From Podarcis tiliguerta (Eukaryota): a stretch of DNA of 64,000 bases. The notes beneath the pieces were generated by a model, which did not search any database, was not told where the DNA came from, and was given only the letters and a program-made list of their open reading frames with translations. Of the stretch, positions 25,846 through 37,700 are shown in pieces. How positions within the stretch are numbered: the first letter of the stretch is position 1; every line of letters starts with the position of its first letter. Position numbers and translations under genes: made by a program. The stretch is from the NCBI GenBank assembly GCA_965153285.1, contig OZ229111.1. One strand, 5' to 3'.

Positions 25846-28272
25846 AGAAGTCATGCTGTGGGGCTCCAGTAAACCATGTAGCCATCATATTGTATTTGGC
25901 CAGAGGCCATATCTCAGAGTACATAAAGCATGGCAAGAGAGGCAGGCGATGTTCTGTGTGTGAGATCCTGACATGCAGCTATTTCTGGCTGCACATGAAA
26001 GTGGCACAATTGCATCATTCTGCTACTTCTCAAGTAGAGAATCAGATAACATATATGTGGTAGATCCTGAAAAGGGGGGGGGGGGTTAAAAGCCAGTCTA
26101 TGCCAGAGACACAGATAGTGGTCCAAGTAGGTCTTGATATATAATTGTTTCTTGCGTCATTGACACATAGTCTAGTTTTACTAGCCATGAACTGCACAAC
26201 AAGCTTGACTACAGAGAGGAAATTCTAACAAAATAGGGCCTCTTTAAGAGCCATCTGTTTTATCTTGCTATGGCTGGAACTGATTGCATTCAGAAAAAAA
26301 ATATTGCTAAAAGTAATTGAACTGCATTCCTACTGCCTTTTACTTGGAGGCCACAACTGTGAAGGCCCTTCTCCAAGCCATCAATGTTTTACCCCAGGGA
26401 AAACTGTTGTGCTGACCTTCAGTTGGCAGACGCCAATCACCATCAGCCTTAGCCAACTTAGCCAACTTCACATCCTAGAGCAGGGGTCACTAACCTTTTT
26501 GGACCAGTGGGCACATTTTAAATTTTGAGAGCGTGCTGTGGGCTCCAGTCACAAAATGGCTACCATGGGGGCAAGGCATAACACAATGTGTTGTAACACA
26601 ATTAGAGCGAGTACAATCATTGCTCCTCCTTCCCCTGGACAAGCTATACTTACCATGGGAAGCCAGGTATAGGATGCCAATGGGGAGAGCTTAACTCTCA
26701 CACGATTGACACAAATCTCTGACCCCAGACTTCGGTACCGCTTGCTTTGGGGCATGTATATTTTCCATTCATTTCTTCTCTTAATGTGTGGACTGTGGCA
26801 ATTTGTCATTGCTTTTGGGTAGCTGGGGATCTGTTTATCTTTAAGATCGAGGTGTGTACGTACTGTGTGATTTTCTGATCACATATATGTAACTTGGCTG
26901 CCTGAAGCACCATCTATATATTCTGCCTCCTTTATTTCATATAATAAAACAACATTTCTTTATTCCTCTGGGGTGAACTTATCAGGCATAAGGTTAAGAG
27001 CTGAAACATATATTCATAAATAGTCACATGTATTGATTCTGGCAAAATATCCCAAACCTATTGGGAATGTGTGTAGGGGTACGGGGGGGGGGGCAGGGGT
27101 GGATATGCATGTGGATTCAGGCTTACACCACATAACAAAATATGCACATTGCTTGGTAGGAAAAAATGAATGGCGAACTATGGCATTTCCAAGAAAATAA
27201 AACAGAACCAGGGAAAGTGTGATAAAAGGGAACGGAAAACAGTAGTTCTTTAGGACCCTAGGGATTCCTATAGCTGGTGTCCAAGCAACTCACTTCACTG
27301 ATCAGCTAAGAACACTGATAAGCAGGAGCAACCAGGCTGGCTCATTTTGTGTAAATTGCTTAGAAGCGTACCTGCACATTTTGCTTCATAACTTTCTTTT
27401 AAGTGTCTTGCTGCTTTACTCTTGAGTAAGGAGCTTTGAGGCATGCATGGTGGCCCCACCTATTGGCCAGTGTTTATGGTGGTTATGAAAGTGCTAGTGC
27501 TGCTTTTTAGCAAATGGCACAACCCACACTTCAGGCCAGAACACCCCCCTTAAGCCTTGCATAGAACCCTGCTCATGACAAACTGGTCACCTGAACCATT
27601 AATCCTATCCACAGATTACCATCTGGCACATCACTGCCCACATTTCTGAGGCGGATTGAGGCATGGTGTTGGTCTCTGTCCGCAGAAAGGATTCACAAAG
27701 CCACTTTGCTCTTTGTAAAGCTGGCTGTGAGTTCACAGCAGATGTATAGGCTGGTTCTCCCACCAGCACTGCTGAGGATCTTGGAGCTCTCGACGTGCTG
27801 ATGGTTGAAGATCTACCAAGGTATTACGTTGATGTTGACCAGCTCCTCAGAACACTGGGTGCTTTGACATGGAGACAAGTTTTTCTAGTTCATTGCAGGT
27901 TATGCTTATAAGGCAAGAACACAAGTGGAGCAGGTGAGTTATACCAGCCCTTTGAGTGCATGACAGGCTGGCGTGCTGCCACAAGCACTGTGTTTTGGGA
28001 TACCTCTTTGTGTATCACCTACTGCAACGGATGTCCTGCCTGTGTTGCAAGTTTTCCCACTTTGGCAATACCCAGCTTCCTGCTATCTTTACAATACCCT
28101 GACACAGAGAGATCAAGAAGGAGCCAGCTACTCTGAAGGATGAAGGCGCGGGGCCACTTTCCCCCATTTGGCAAGTAGTTTGAACTATAATTTGGTTGCT
28201 GCCTATTTGAGTGACCTTCAGGCCCACAGACAACATCTCTCCTCTTGAATGCATACCTAGGACTTGTGTGTA

Positions 28273-28440
28273 CAGTTGTACCTCTTGTTACATCAGTCTT
28301 CCGGGTTTCACCCTGTGCGCATGTGCAGAAGAGCTCTATTGTGCCGCGTGCATGTGCAGAAGCAGCGCTCTAGTTGCGGACTTTTCAGGGTGCGAACGGC
28401 ACCCCGGAACGGATCAAGTCCATAACTAGAGGTACCACGG
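28273..28440. mobile_element. Tc1/mariner (Tigger-like) MITE
   Basis: TA|CAGTTGTACCTC ... GAGGTACCACGG|TA: imperfect TIRs flanked by a TA duplication. Confidence 0.75.
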
Positions 28441-29212
28441 TACTGGGCCCTACAGACAGCAGGAGCCAAGGGAGATGTTGAGAATGGGAACCTGTTTAGC
28501 AGAACAGGGGGTGAGCATAGTTAGACAGGCCATTAACCAGTTCTGGGTAAAGAGGGAGGCTGCTAGCCAAGAGCATCTGTGGGCCAGCTTCCTAGCACTA
28601 CTGGACTGGAAAAAGCTGACTCTTATGGCTGGGTGAAGTGTCAAATTAGTTCTCATAAATGTTTGAATACTATGTGCTCTATCTGGCTGGCTCATCAAAT
28701 TTATCCAAATAAAAGGGTTTTTGTTTGCTTGCTTGCTTACAGCAGGAATGCAGAGTGTGACTCAATTGCCAGACAACACCTTCCAAGCTAGCGTGTCGAC
28801 TGCAAGGAAATATTTTCACTCGAGTGCTCCAAGAGCAAATTCAAGCTGTGGGCAAAAGGCGAGTCCTCGTCTCCCCAATCATACGCTTCCCCCATCCCAT
28901 CTGCCCGGCCACCTTCTCTCCTGTACCAGCAGGTCTACCAATGCTTATAAGTCCTATTTTGATTGAGGGCTGCATGACTATGACAAATCATTACATGCAA
29001 CACACTTCCTCACATACTCTTTTTACCCTTGCTTGTACCATTGGTAAAAGCAGTCCTCGGAGGTTAAATGAAAGGAACTTCTTCACACAATGCAGAATTA
29101 CGGTAATCTGTGGAATTCATTCCCCCACAAAGCACTGCTGGCTGCTATCTCTTGATTGCTTTACAAAGGCCATGGTGGCTCCCCCACCTGAGTGCAAAGA
29201 AAGCCAAGGCTC

Positions 29213-29350
29213 TAGGGATGGGGAATCTGTGACCCCCCAGAAGCTGTAGGACTCCAAGTTCCATCAGCCCAGCATAGCCAATGGCCAAGGATGATGAGAG
29301 ATGTACTGTAGTCTAACAACATCTGGAGGGCCACAGGTCGCCTATCCCTG
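29213..29350. mobile_element. Decayed palindromic hAT MITE (18468 family)
   Basis: Ends tagggatgggga / tcgcctatccctg; internal catctggagggcc. Further partial copies at about 11219-11290, 11502-11560, 17233-17335, 35683-35790, 38031-38155 and 63263-63375. Confidence 0.7.
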
Positions 29351-31609
29351 TCGCATCCTTTGGAGTACCTCATGCTGAAAATGCACAAAGAAAGGCTATT
29401 GCCTCCACGTCCTGCTGGAATTTCCAAAGAAATCATGCTGGGACCAGACCAGATGGAGCTATGTTCTCATCTACAAATCTTTTTCTTATATTCTTGAAAG
29501 GAAGCATGTGTCTTTTCTCCCTTCCCTATTCAAGTCAAAGGCTAAGTAGTCCCTGTTGCACCATTCCAACAGGATTGCCAAGCTAGTCTTAAAAAATTCC
29601 TCTAACAGCTGCAATGTTATAGTGGTCCCTGAAGACTCTCACACCATTTAGCAAGGCATTTGCACCCAATTCTCTCCCCTCCTGCAGCATGCAAAAATTA
29701 CCTCCCCCAAAGATATACAGGGAATAGGATTTTGCACTACTTTTGAGTGTTCGGTCCAGAGATGTGTGTTTTTAATACCAAGAAATAAAGTTCCTAGGTT
29801 GGACATCTAAATAAGCCCCCCAAAAGCCAGAGCGACACACAGAGCAGGATTCAGATAATGAGTTCCACTAATGGAAGCCCACACAAGGGTTCCCATTAGC
29901 ACAGCAAGGCTTCCCCCCACCAAAATAAATTGACTCAGTGTGTGTGTGCACACATGCGCCAGGGGAACCCACAGAACAGTGTGTGGGTGTAGGAGAGAGC
30001 AGACTACAAGTGCTTCTGGGGTGAGGTGGAGTGGAATGGGGAGAGTAGCTTCTCCAGGGCATCATCATCCTACATGGAGAAGCAGCTGTTTACAAGGGTG
30101 GAGTCTTGGTTTTCTCTGGGAGACATCCTATTATTTCTTACTGTGCTCTTTAAAACAACTTTAAGGGATGGAACAGGTCCAAGTCCAACTACCAAAAGGT
30201 AAATAAAACACAGACGGCAATATACGTCATGCAGGCTTCAAAACAAGCATCCTTCCAATTGCTTTTGTGTGGCAGATTAAGCTCAATGCAGGCACTCCCA
30301 GGGGTCAATTGCACTAAAATGTCGGCAGCAGGGCTGCAGCTAAGGAATGGATGGGTAAGTAACTTTGCTCTCAGTATTTTAGGAGCAAACTTGGACCCTT
30401 AACACCATCACAGCTAGAGTGCTCCCAGACACCCTGTATGGAACCAGTTTCATGATGTATGAAAATGCAGATCAGTTACTACAATGGCTTGCTGAATCCC
30501 TGTTTAGACCTGTATGGCCCAGCTAATTGTCTTGTGCATCCTGACAGGGGATGAACAAGTTGGCCTTTTTCCCCTCATTGTTTGCGCCTTGCCTCCCATG
30601 GGGGGAAGCCATCCCATTTCCCAGCCCCCAATCAGCCGGCAGGATGGCGTGTTTGTTCCTGCTTGTTGCTTCTCAGAAACATAGCCACAATAGTCCTACC
30701 CGATGCTCCTTCCAGCAGTGGAGACAGAAAGCGCAAGGTCCACCTTGTTGACTAAGCGTGGCCTGGTACAGTGGTTGCAGCAAGAAGACTGGAAGACAAG
30801 ACTGCCATAAGCATCACTGCGGCCCCTCAAAGGGGTCTGAGACATCCCTGCTAACCTGATTCTAAGGTGGGGGGAGAATTGGTATGTACCTGGGAAGGGG
30901 GGGAGCAACTCCTTCCAATACCACATGACCAGAGCATTCAAGGGCCTACACAGCCTACTAGGAGCTGTAGAATCTCAGAGTGCCCATTAAAATGAAATTG
31001 CTGGCTGCACACAGTGCAGCATCTGGTTCCACTTCACATGCAGGGCCATTTCCAACCCAACCCTCACCAACCCATTTAATATTTGGACTGCTCCAAGCAG
31101 GGAAATTTAGAAATATTTGAGCCAAGAAAACACACATATCACAGGGCAGAAATCGAACGACTTCTTTGAGGTTATTTGCTCTCACTCCAGAGGCAGAAGC
31201 CTAGAACACGAGACACATTATTTTTATGTTGCTGCTCTGACAGGGCTCAAGCAGAGACCCCCTAGGAAAAAGTTGCACCTGGCCATGAAGTTAGGGTGCT
31301 GCAGTTGTTTTACTGGCTATTTCTCTGGGTAGTTTCCTTTTTCCCAATGTGTCATCTGCAACCTCTCTTTTGAGGTAGTTGCTACACGCACCTGCTCATT
31401 TCTCCCTTAGCAGCAACCAGAGAACCGTCTTGCTTACCCAGATCTGCAACACCACCCTAACCGGCTGGGTCCCAACTCCCGCATCCTACCATTTCCTCCA
31501 CAGAGGAAGTTTTAATTTTTTCCGTGTCGGCCAAGAGATGGGATAAGCTGGAACTCCACTTGTGGGCACTCTGCACCTCCCCTCCCCACAACACACCCCT
31601 TAAGCACAC

Positions 31610-33532
31610 ATGCAGGCAAAAAGCAATTTAGTAATGTCAATATATTTTTATCTTAAAGATGCTTTACACATAGAATACAAAAATATGCCCAAGGAGAATG
31701 TGGTGCCTGGTCTACCCACAAGGCTTCCGGTGCCAGGGCACAGGAAGGCAGCAAAGCTTGGCAGAAACCTCACCCACTCTGAGCATGAGGTGTGGGTCCC
31801 GAGGGCAACTAGGCTCCACATCCTACCTGGGGTTAGTGTCTTAAAGAGATACAGTAGGTGGGTTGGGGCTGTGAGGTGTAATTGAAGAGGGAGGGGGCCT
31901 TCACAGCTCCTAGGGTGACCAGACAGTGCCTGAACTACAGTACTGGGGATACAGTACAGGGAAGAGGCCCAACATTTGGGGGGGTGTGTGTGTGCGCGTG
32001 TAGTGTCAGTGAGAGAATATCAATAATTTAACAGAGGCAGCTTTTCAGGCATTATTAACTGGGCCACCCTGGGAGGTAGGTCAGTATGACAAAGTTGGAC
32101 AGATTAGTCAAAGACAGATCTCGACAAGGACATGCCCAAACCCAGACCGCAAGGAGAACCTGCTGCTGTTGCTGCTTGTGGTTTTGCTGCCCCTCTGGGA
32201 ACATCCCCAGTGCCAAGCAGCATCACCCTGAGCAGAGGAGTTCCCCAGAACCAGTCCAGCAAGGGAATATTCCCAGCAGTAATTGGGACGGGGGAATGCC
32301 ACTGGTGTGACAGGCTCAGCAATGGCTCATTGCCAGTGAGTCACATGGGACGACAATCTTTGTACTATCCACAAAGTGAGTAACTGGGGGCAAGAAGCTC
32401 AGTTGCAGATGGGGGTGGCGGTTAAAGAGGAGGTGGGCCTTTAAACCACGCTTCCCTCTGGGGAAGTGGGTGGGGGCAGGACAAGCCAGATCCATTCAGG
32501 GGAAGGGGGAGTGGCTGGCTGTACAGCCTTGTGTCTCTGCTGCCAGCTGTTCCTAGCCATGCCCAACCAAAGGAAGCTTGAGACTGCTGCTCAAAATGGA
32601 TTCAAGTTCAACAGCTGACAATGGGGCTGGGAAGCAGAGGCAGGCTTTGTTAGGCAGGGTAGGACCAGCAGCTGAAACTCAGCTGGAAGGACTGCCTAGC
32701 CACATGGAAGGAAAGGATCTCTCTAGAAAACAAAATTGGGGTCGGGGACTTTATTTCCTCCACCAGTTGTTTTTTTACCTTGTAATCTGATGCTCTCTGA
32801 TTTCTGAGTGCCTCTCTTGCATTTACTACCCAAAGCCAAGCTACGAGGATCAAGCAAGAGAGAGCAGCTATGAAACGAGGTCCACCTGTGGCAAGAGAAG
32901 CAGCTTCCCAGTGCATATTGTACCAAAATGGATTGGAGCTGGACCAGCAGAGGGTGTTCCTGCTGGAATAAGAGGGATGCATGTGTGTACCCTCTTGGCC
33001 TACCCAGTGCAGATATGCACAGTGAGGAGCTTTTGCTGCACCTGCCCACCCACCCAAATGGTTGTGTCAGGGCTGTCCAAACCCATCCGAACTCACCCCA
33101 GCCTCATCCGTCACCCGAGAGTGCCTGTGAGATTCCCCCCAGACTAACTGCCTATCAGGATGCCTGCATATCCTCGTTCAAGGATAGGCCTGGAAACCAG
33201 CAAGGAGCAGCTGCATCTCCCTGAGAACAGCAAACTGTATGAGCAGAGTGGCAGAAGCCAAGAACTGGCAGCAAGGGACTCCTAGCGGACTGTGTTCAGG
33301 TCTGAGGGAGCCTCATGCACAAAGAGGTGGTCAGCAGCAGTGATTCTGGCCCCCATTCACATTACACTCCAGTCATTAATGCAGGTGACTTATTGCTTGA
33401 GGGCCTCTCCAGCCCCTAGGGAAAGGAGGCAGGTGTGGCCCAGCATCGAAGTGAGGGCACAGTGGTGTGCCAGGCCCACCAGTGGCCTGCCTAGTAGTCC
33501 TGCCTGCAGGGTCCAGCAGAGGGCGCAGAGTC
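31610..33532 (-). other. GIPC1: Probable GIPC1 3'UTR
   Basis: Follows the stop codon. Minus-strand AATAAA at 32750-32755. A distal U-rich end carries UGUA motifs (31665-31679), variant signal ACTAAA (31627-31632) and a GU-rich tract downstream. Confidence 0.55.
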
Positions 33533-33684
33533 CTAGTAGCGCCCAACCTTGGCGTCGCCAATCGCTCCCCAGACGTCGAAGACAAACTCGTCGGGGAAGG
33601 CAAAGTCCCCCAGCTGCTCGTCCAGGGACTCAGCAAATTCATCAGGATTCCGTTTGTCCTTTCCCAGCTCCACCATGGTAGCAG
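33533..33684 (-). CDS. GIPC1: GIPC1 last coding exon (GH2, myosin VI-binding region) to stop, 152 nt
   Basis: (A)ATMVELGKDKRNPDEFAESLDEQLGDFAFPDEFVFDVWGAIGDAKVGRY*, the GIPC1 C-terminus. Acceptor GCATAG|CT. The six exons sum to 996 nt in frame. Confidence 0.98.
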
Positions 33685-33931
33685 CTATGCGGGGGAAAGG
33701 AAAGAAAGCCAGAGGTGAGCATCTGCTCCACACCCCAAACAGCTCACAAGCCAACACAACAACTGAGACAGAGGCACAGGGAGAGCTTCACATTGGCTCC
33801 CATTCCAGCATTGGAAAGGTGTGCAAATCAAAGGGAGATGCCAGCATCTACAGGGAGGCTCCAGTCTCTTAACTAGTTTGCTTTGGGTGGTTTATTTCCA
33901 GATTAAAAGAGGAAAGGTAGCGGCAACTCAC

Positions 33932-34013
33932 CTAGCTCTGTGTCACGGATGCCCATGTAACTCTCCAAAAGATCATCAACCTTCTCAATGGCCTTTTCCT
34001 CAAATGCAGATGG
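33932..34013 (-). CDS. GIPC1: GIPC1 coding exon 5 (GH2 domain), 82 nt
   Basis: Manual translation gives [27 protein letters not shown], which is not shown in the ORF track. Acceptor TTCACAG|CCA, donor TAG|GTGAGT, phase 0/1. Confidence 0.97.
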
Positions 34014-34614
34014 CTGTGAAGAGGAAGAACACAACGACTGAAGCAGCGACAATGTCTGTCTTCCTCTCTATTAACTTGAGGGGTGGCAGCTGCGACTTGG
34101 CTACGGCTACTAGCTGACAGGGCCAATGGGTCTAATGCAGAAGAAAATGGCTGCAATGTGGCTGAAGAATTTTGGTAGAGATTGGAGAGTGGGAAACTCT
34201 AGAGCTGGTTATCCGGGGACCACGTGTGGCTCCGTGTCTTCAGAAGACGCATGAAGGCTGTGAGGAAGAGTACCAACCCAGGGCTGCGGGTATCAGCTGG
34301 ACTATCCCTCTTGCCACCAATACCATCATAACATCCCTTTACTTCTCTGGTCTGCACAATAACTTGAAGGAGAAGCAGGGAGGAGGAGATGAGAGAAACA
34401 GCAGGAGAGATGCCTGCTCCTTTCCCACCCTCCTCTAAAACCACACCACAAGGAAGAGCTCAGGGGCAGGGGGGAAATATGCTGCTGAGCATCCCTCTCA
34501 CCAGAGGGGGATGGCTTTGTGGACACCTGCTCTAAACCACTCTTGGAAAAAAGTGGAGCAGAGCAGAGCTGCTGATCCTACTGCTCTACATTTCTGGGCT
34601 TGCAGAACACACAC

Positions 34615-34727
34615 CTGTTCCTCCACAGTGGCTGGTCCTTTGGCCCGAAGTCGTAGGGTGCCTCTTCCTGTGCCAAGCTGTGCACTCCCGCTGTGTTTGC
34701 CTCCTGCAGACCGCTGACTGATCATAT
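34615..34727 (-). CDS. GIPC1: GIPC1 coding exon 4 (PDZ-GH2 linker), 113 nt
   Basis: (D)MISQRSAGGKHSGSAQLGTGRGTLRLRAKGPATVEEQ. Acceptor TTCCAG|AT, donor CAG|GTGTGT, phase 1/0. Confidence 0.97.
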
Positions 34728-37700
34728 CTGGAACAGAGCAAGAGAAAAGCCCGGTGAGCTTTTTTGCAGAGTCTGCATGCTGGTGGTCCAGCTTAGGAAC
34801 AAGCCCAACAGAATGTTTTCCACATGATGTTTTCAATATGATGTGCGGGGCAACATGCACTAACCAAAGAAAGAAAGAAAGGGCAGAGATTGAGAGAGGC
34901 ATTCAAGAAATGGTGTAGGCAATAGCAATGGTAAGGACAATCTTTCCACAGTGGAAGCTAACAGGGGAGTGATGGCAAGGAGACCACTGTGAAGCAAGCT
35001 TAGGAAATGCCATTCTATGTAGCTGAAGACTTTTAAATATATGTATATATATCCCCAAAGCACATCAGGCCCATTTCCTTCTCACATCCCAACGCTCAAA
35101 TAAAACAAAAAAGACATCTTCTCAGCAGCAGCTCCCATGCCTGCAGATGTCATATTTCCATAGCCCTTGCCAGAACTGCACCTTCTGAGTCTACGTGCTT
35201 CTCGAGGCACTGTTAATTTCAGCCGAAGAATCAATTAAAGCCCCTAGGGAGAGGGAATTAGTCCTGTTAGATCCACGGCCTGCCAAGGGGTCAACGCCTC
35301 TGCAGCACCGAGTTCCCAGATAGAGGAAAGGGGAAAGGGGAAGTGGGGGGGGGTAAAGTCTAGCACTGCAGGACAGTCTGAATTAGACATTCTTTCTAAA
35401 GGCAAGAATAGAAAGAGTGATGTTGGAAGAAGCCAGCTGTGTCAACACCAAGGGGGAGATGGGGGCAAGAACAGGAGCAGAGGGAGCAAACTTACAAGAA
35501 CTCTACCCCAACAAGGTAAGCATAATCAAAAACAAGATAGTGATAACAGAGCTATGTTGGGCAGAGGAGATGCAGAGGGCCATTTCACATGTAACAGAAG
35601 AGCAGTTAATTCAGGGTTTGTACCAGTGTGTCAAGTGGACCTTTCCATGCTTTCAGGTTATTGTTGAACATACTGCCTATGGCAGGGGCAGGGGACCTAT
35701 AGATTTCCAGAAGTTGATGGATTACAACTCTCACTGATCCCTATCCCTGACCACTGCTCACACTGGCCATGGCTGATGGAGATTGCAGGGCAGCAGCAGG
35801 CAGAGGGGAACAAGGTCTACAAGTTCCTACGAGGAGATCTGTGAGCTCCTAATCCAAAATACAGACTGTTCTCTTCACATTATACCTGGAAACATGGAAA
35901 GAAAAACCGCAAGGCGGTCACCTGTCTTTCTCTCACACACCCTCAGCTCCAGTCCCTCAGCAGCCTGCAGTGGACACTGTGGAAGAATTCAGCACTGCCT
36001 GAAGTGATCATTCCATTGGCACAAGCATCACAGCTGGCAAGTGAAATGAGTCCCTCCTCTCCTCCCCCAAACACAGTTCTGGGGGGTTCTCCTGACCTCC
36101 TTCTCAAGCCAACTGAAGAGGCTATGCGGGGAGAAGAGAGGGGAAAGCCCCTCTGCAGAAGCCGAAGTCCTAGCACAGGACTTCTGCCGATGGGACCTGC
36201 TAGGTGCATCCCTGTGCATCCAACCGCAGTACAAACAGGATGGGCATTTCTTTCCCCGCCTCTGCCAAGGTTTTGTACAAATTCTGCAAGCTTGAGAAAG
36301 CAGTCTTTGCTCACTTCCTCTGAACAGTGCATGACGGTGGTGAAACCATCAGCCACAATGTCCTAATCTCCTTGCCATTTCCCGACTTCTGCAATTGCTT
36401 TGGGCCCCTGTTGCCATCACTGGTTTGTGGTGGTTCATCGAGTACCTGATAAGGTTTGGCTGACTGAGCAGTTCTTTACACAGCTGCAACTATCTGGCCT
36501 GTTGCTGATCTGGATGCTTTCTTCCCTGATCTGGATGCTTTCTTCCTTCATACCGCTTGTAAACTTATTCTCTGACCTCCAAGCAGGCTGTAGCCGTAGG
36601 AGCCTTTTCCTTAAATCAGCAACATTATCCAAAGCACTCTCGCCACTTACAAGCAGTAACAGGAAGGCCACTGCATATAGGCCCTTTCTGTATAGTTTAC
36701 AGTAGAAATGCATAAGATAATATTTTATCTCAGACACTTTGCATTTTTGCCTACAGAACATTATGTTGAACTACATGAACAGAGGATCTATGGTAGATGT
36801 GTTAATCTGATGACATTAACACAGGGCACTTTATGGAGGGACATGGAAAGTACCGGTTCTTTAATGAAGCACTTAATAGGATTAGCCAACTAAACTGGCT
36901 GGGGAAAATAGGGAATTTTGTCCAAGACATCTGGAGGGCACTAGGTTGGGGAAGACTTTCATGAAATGGAAGTACCTCTCTTTTTCACAACCAATTAATG
37001 GAAGGGTGATGAATGGTGCAAAAGAATACAGAACCGCAGCGATACCCTCCCAAACCCAGCATATGATCTGAGTCTATCAGCAGGAATGCAGTGCTTAGAA
37101 ATGGAAAACTTCTGCCAAGCTATTTCCCCCCTGTATATTCTGTGGTATACACTGGCCTAGTTGAATAAGCTCAAAAGTCCACACAGATTTCCTGCCTAAA
37201 GGAACTAAAAATCAATTCATATAAAAATCATTGCTTAAAATCTCTGTCATAACAGAAGTGTGCAATGACACGGGGGCAGCTTTGAGAAAGGAATTAAAAC
37301 AAGTGCTGAGGCTTTCAAATTTGCTTTGTTCTCTGAAGTCAGATGCCCAACACAACTAATTGGTGGGAGGCAGCCTCCAATCCAGTGTGTGGTCCTGGAA
37401 AAGTAACTGGCAGGTTAAAGCCCTGGCTGGGAATGGAAGAACACAATATTCTAGGAATGTCGCTGGGATGAGGCATTGACTTCCTTTGTCATGACGATTA
37501 GTCTGCCAGTTTATAAGGCAGATGCGCGCACGAGAGTGGTCACGTGCTTCTGCATAAGCATAATCAAGAAGAAATGGCCAAGCTTTGGGCAGCAGGGTGT
37601 GAGTGTCTCCCATTAATTTAATGAGGACTACATTCATGTTCCAGGCTAGAGCGGGTCTTTCCAACTGGAGGACAGGCTTCGAAAGTCACTTCTATAGAAA

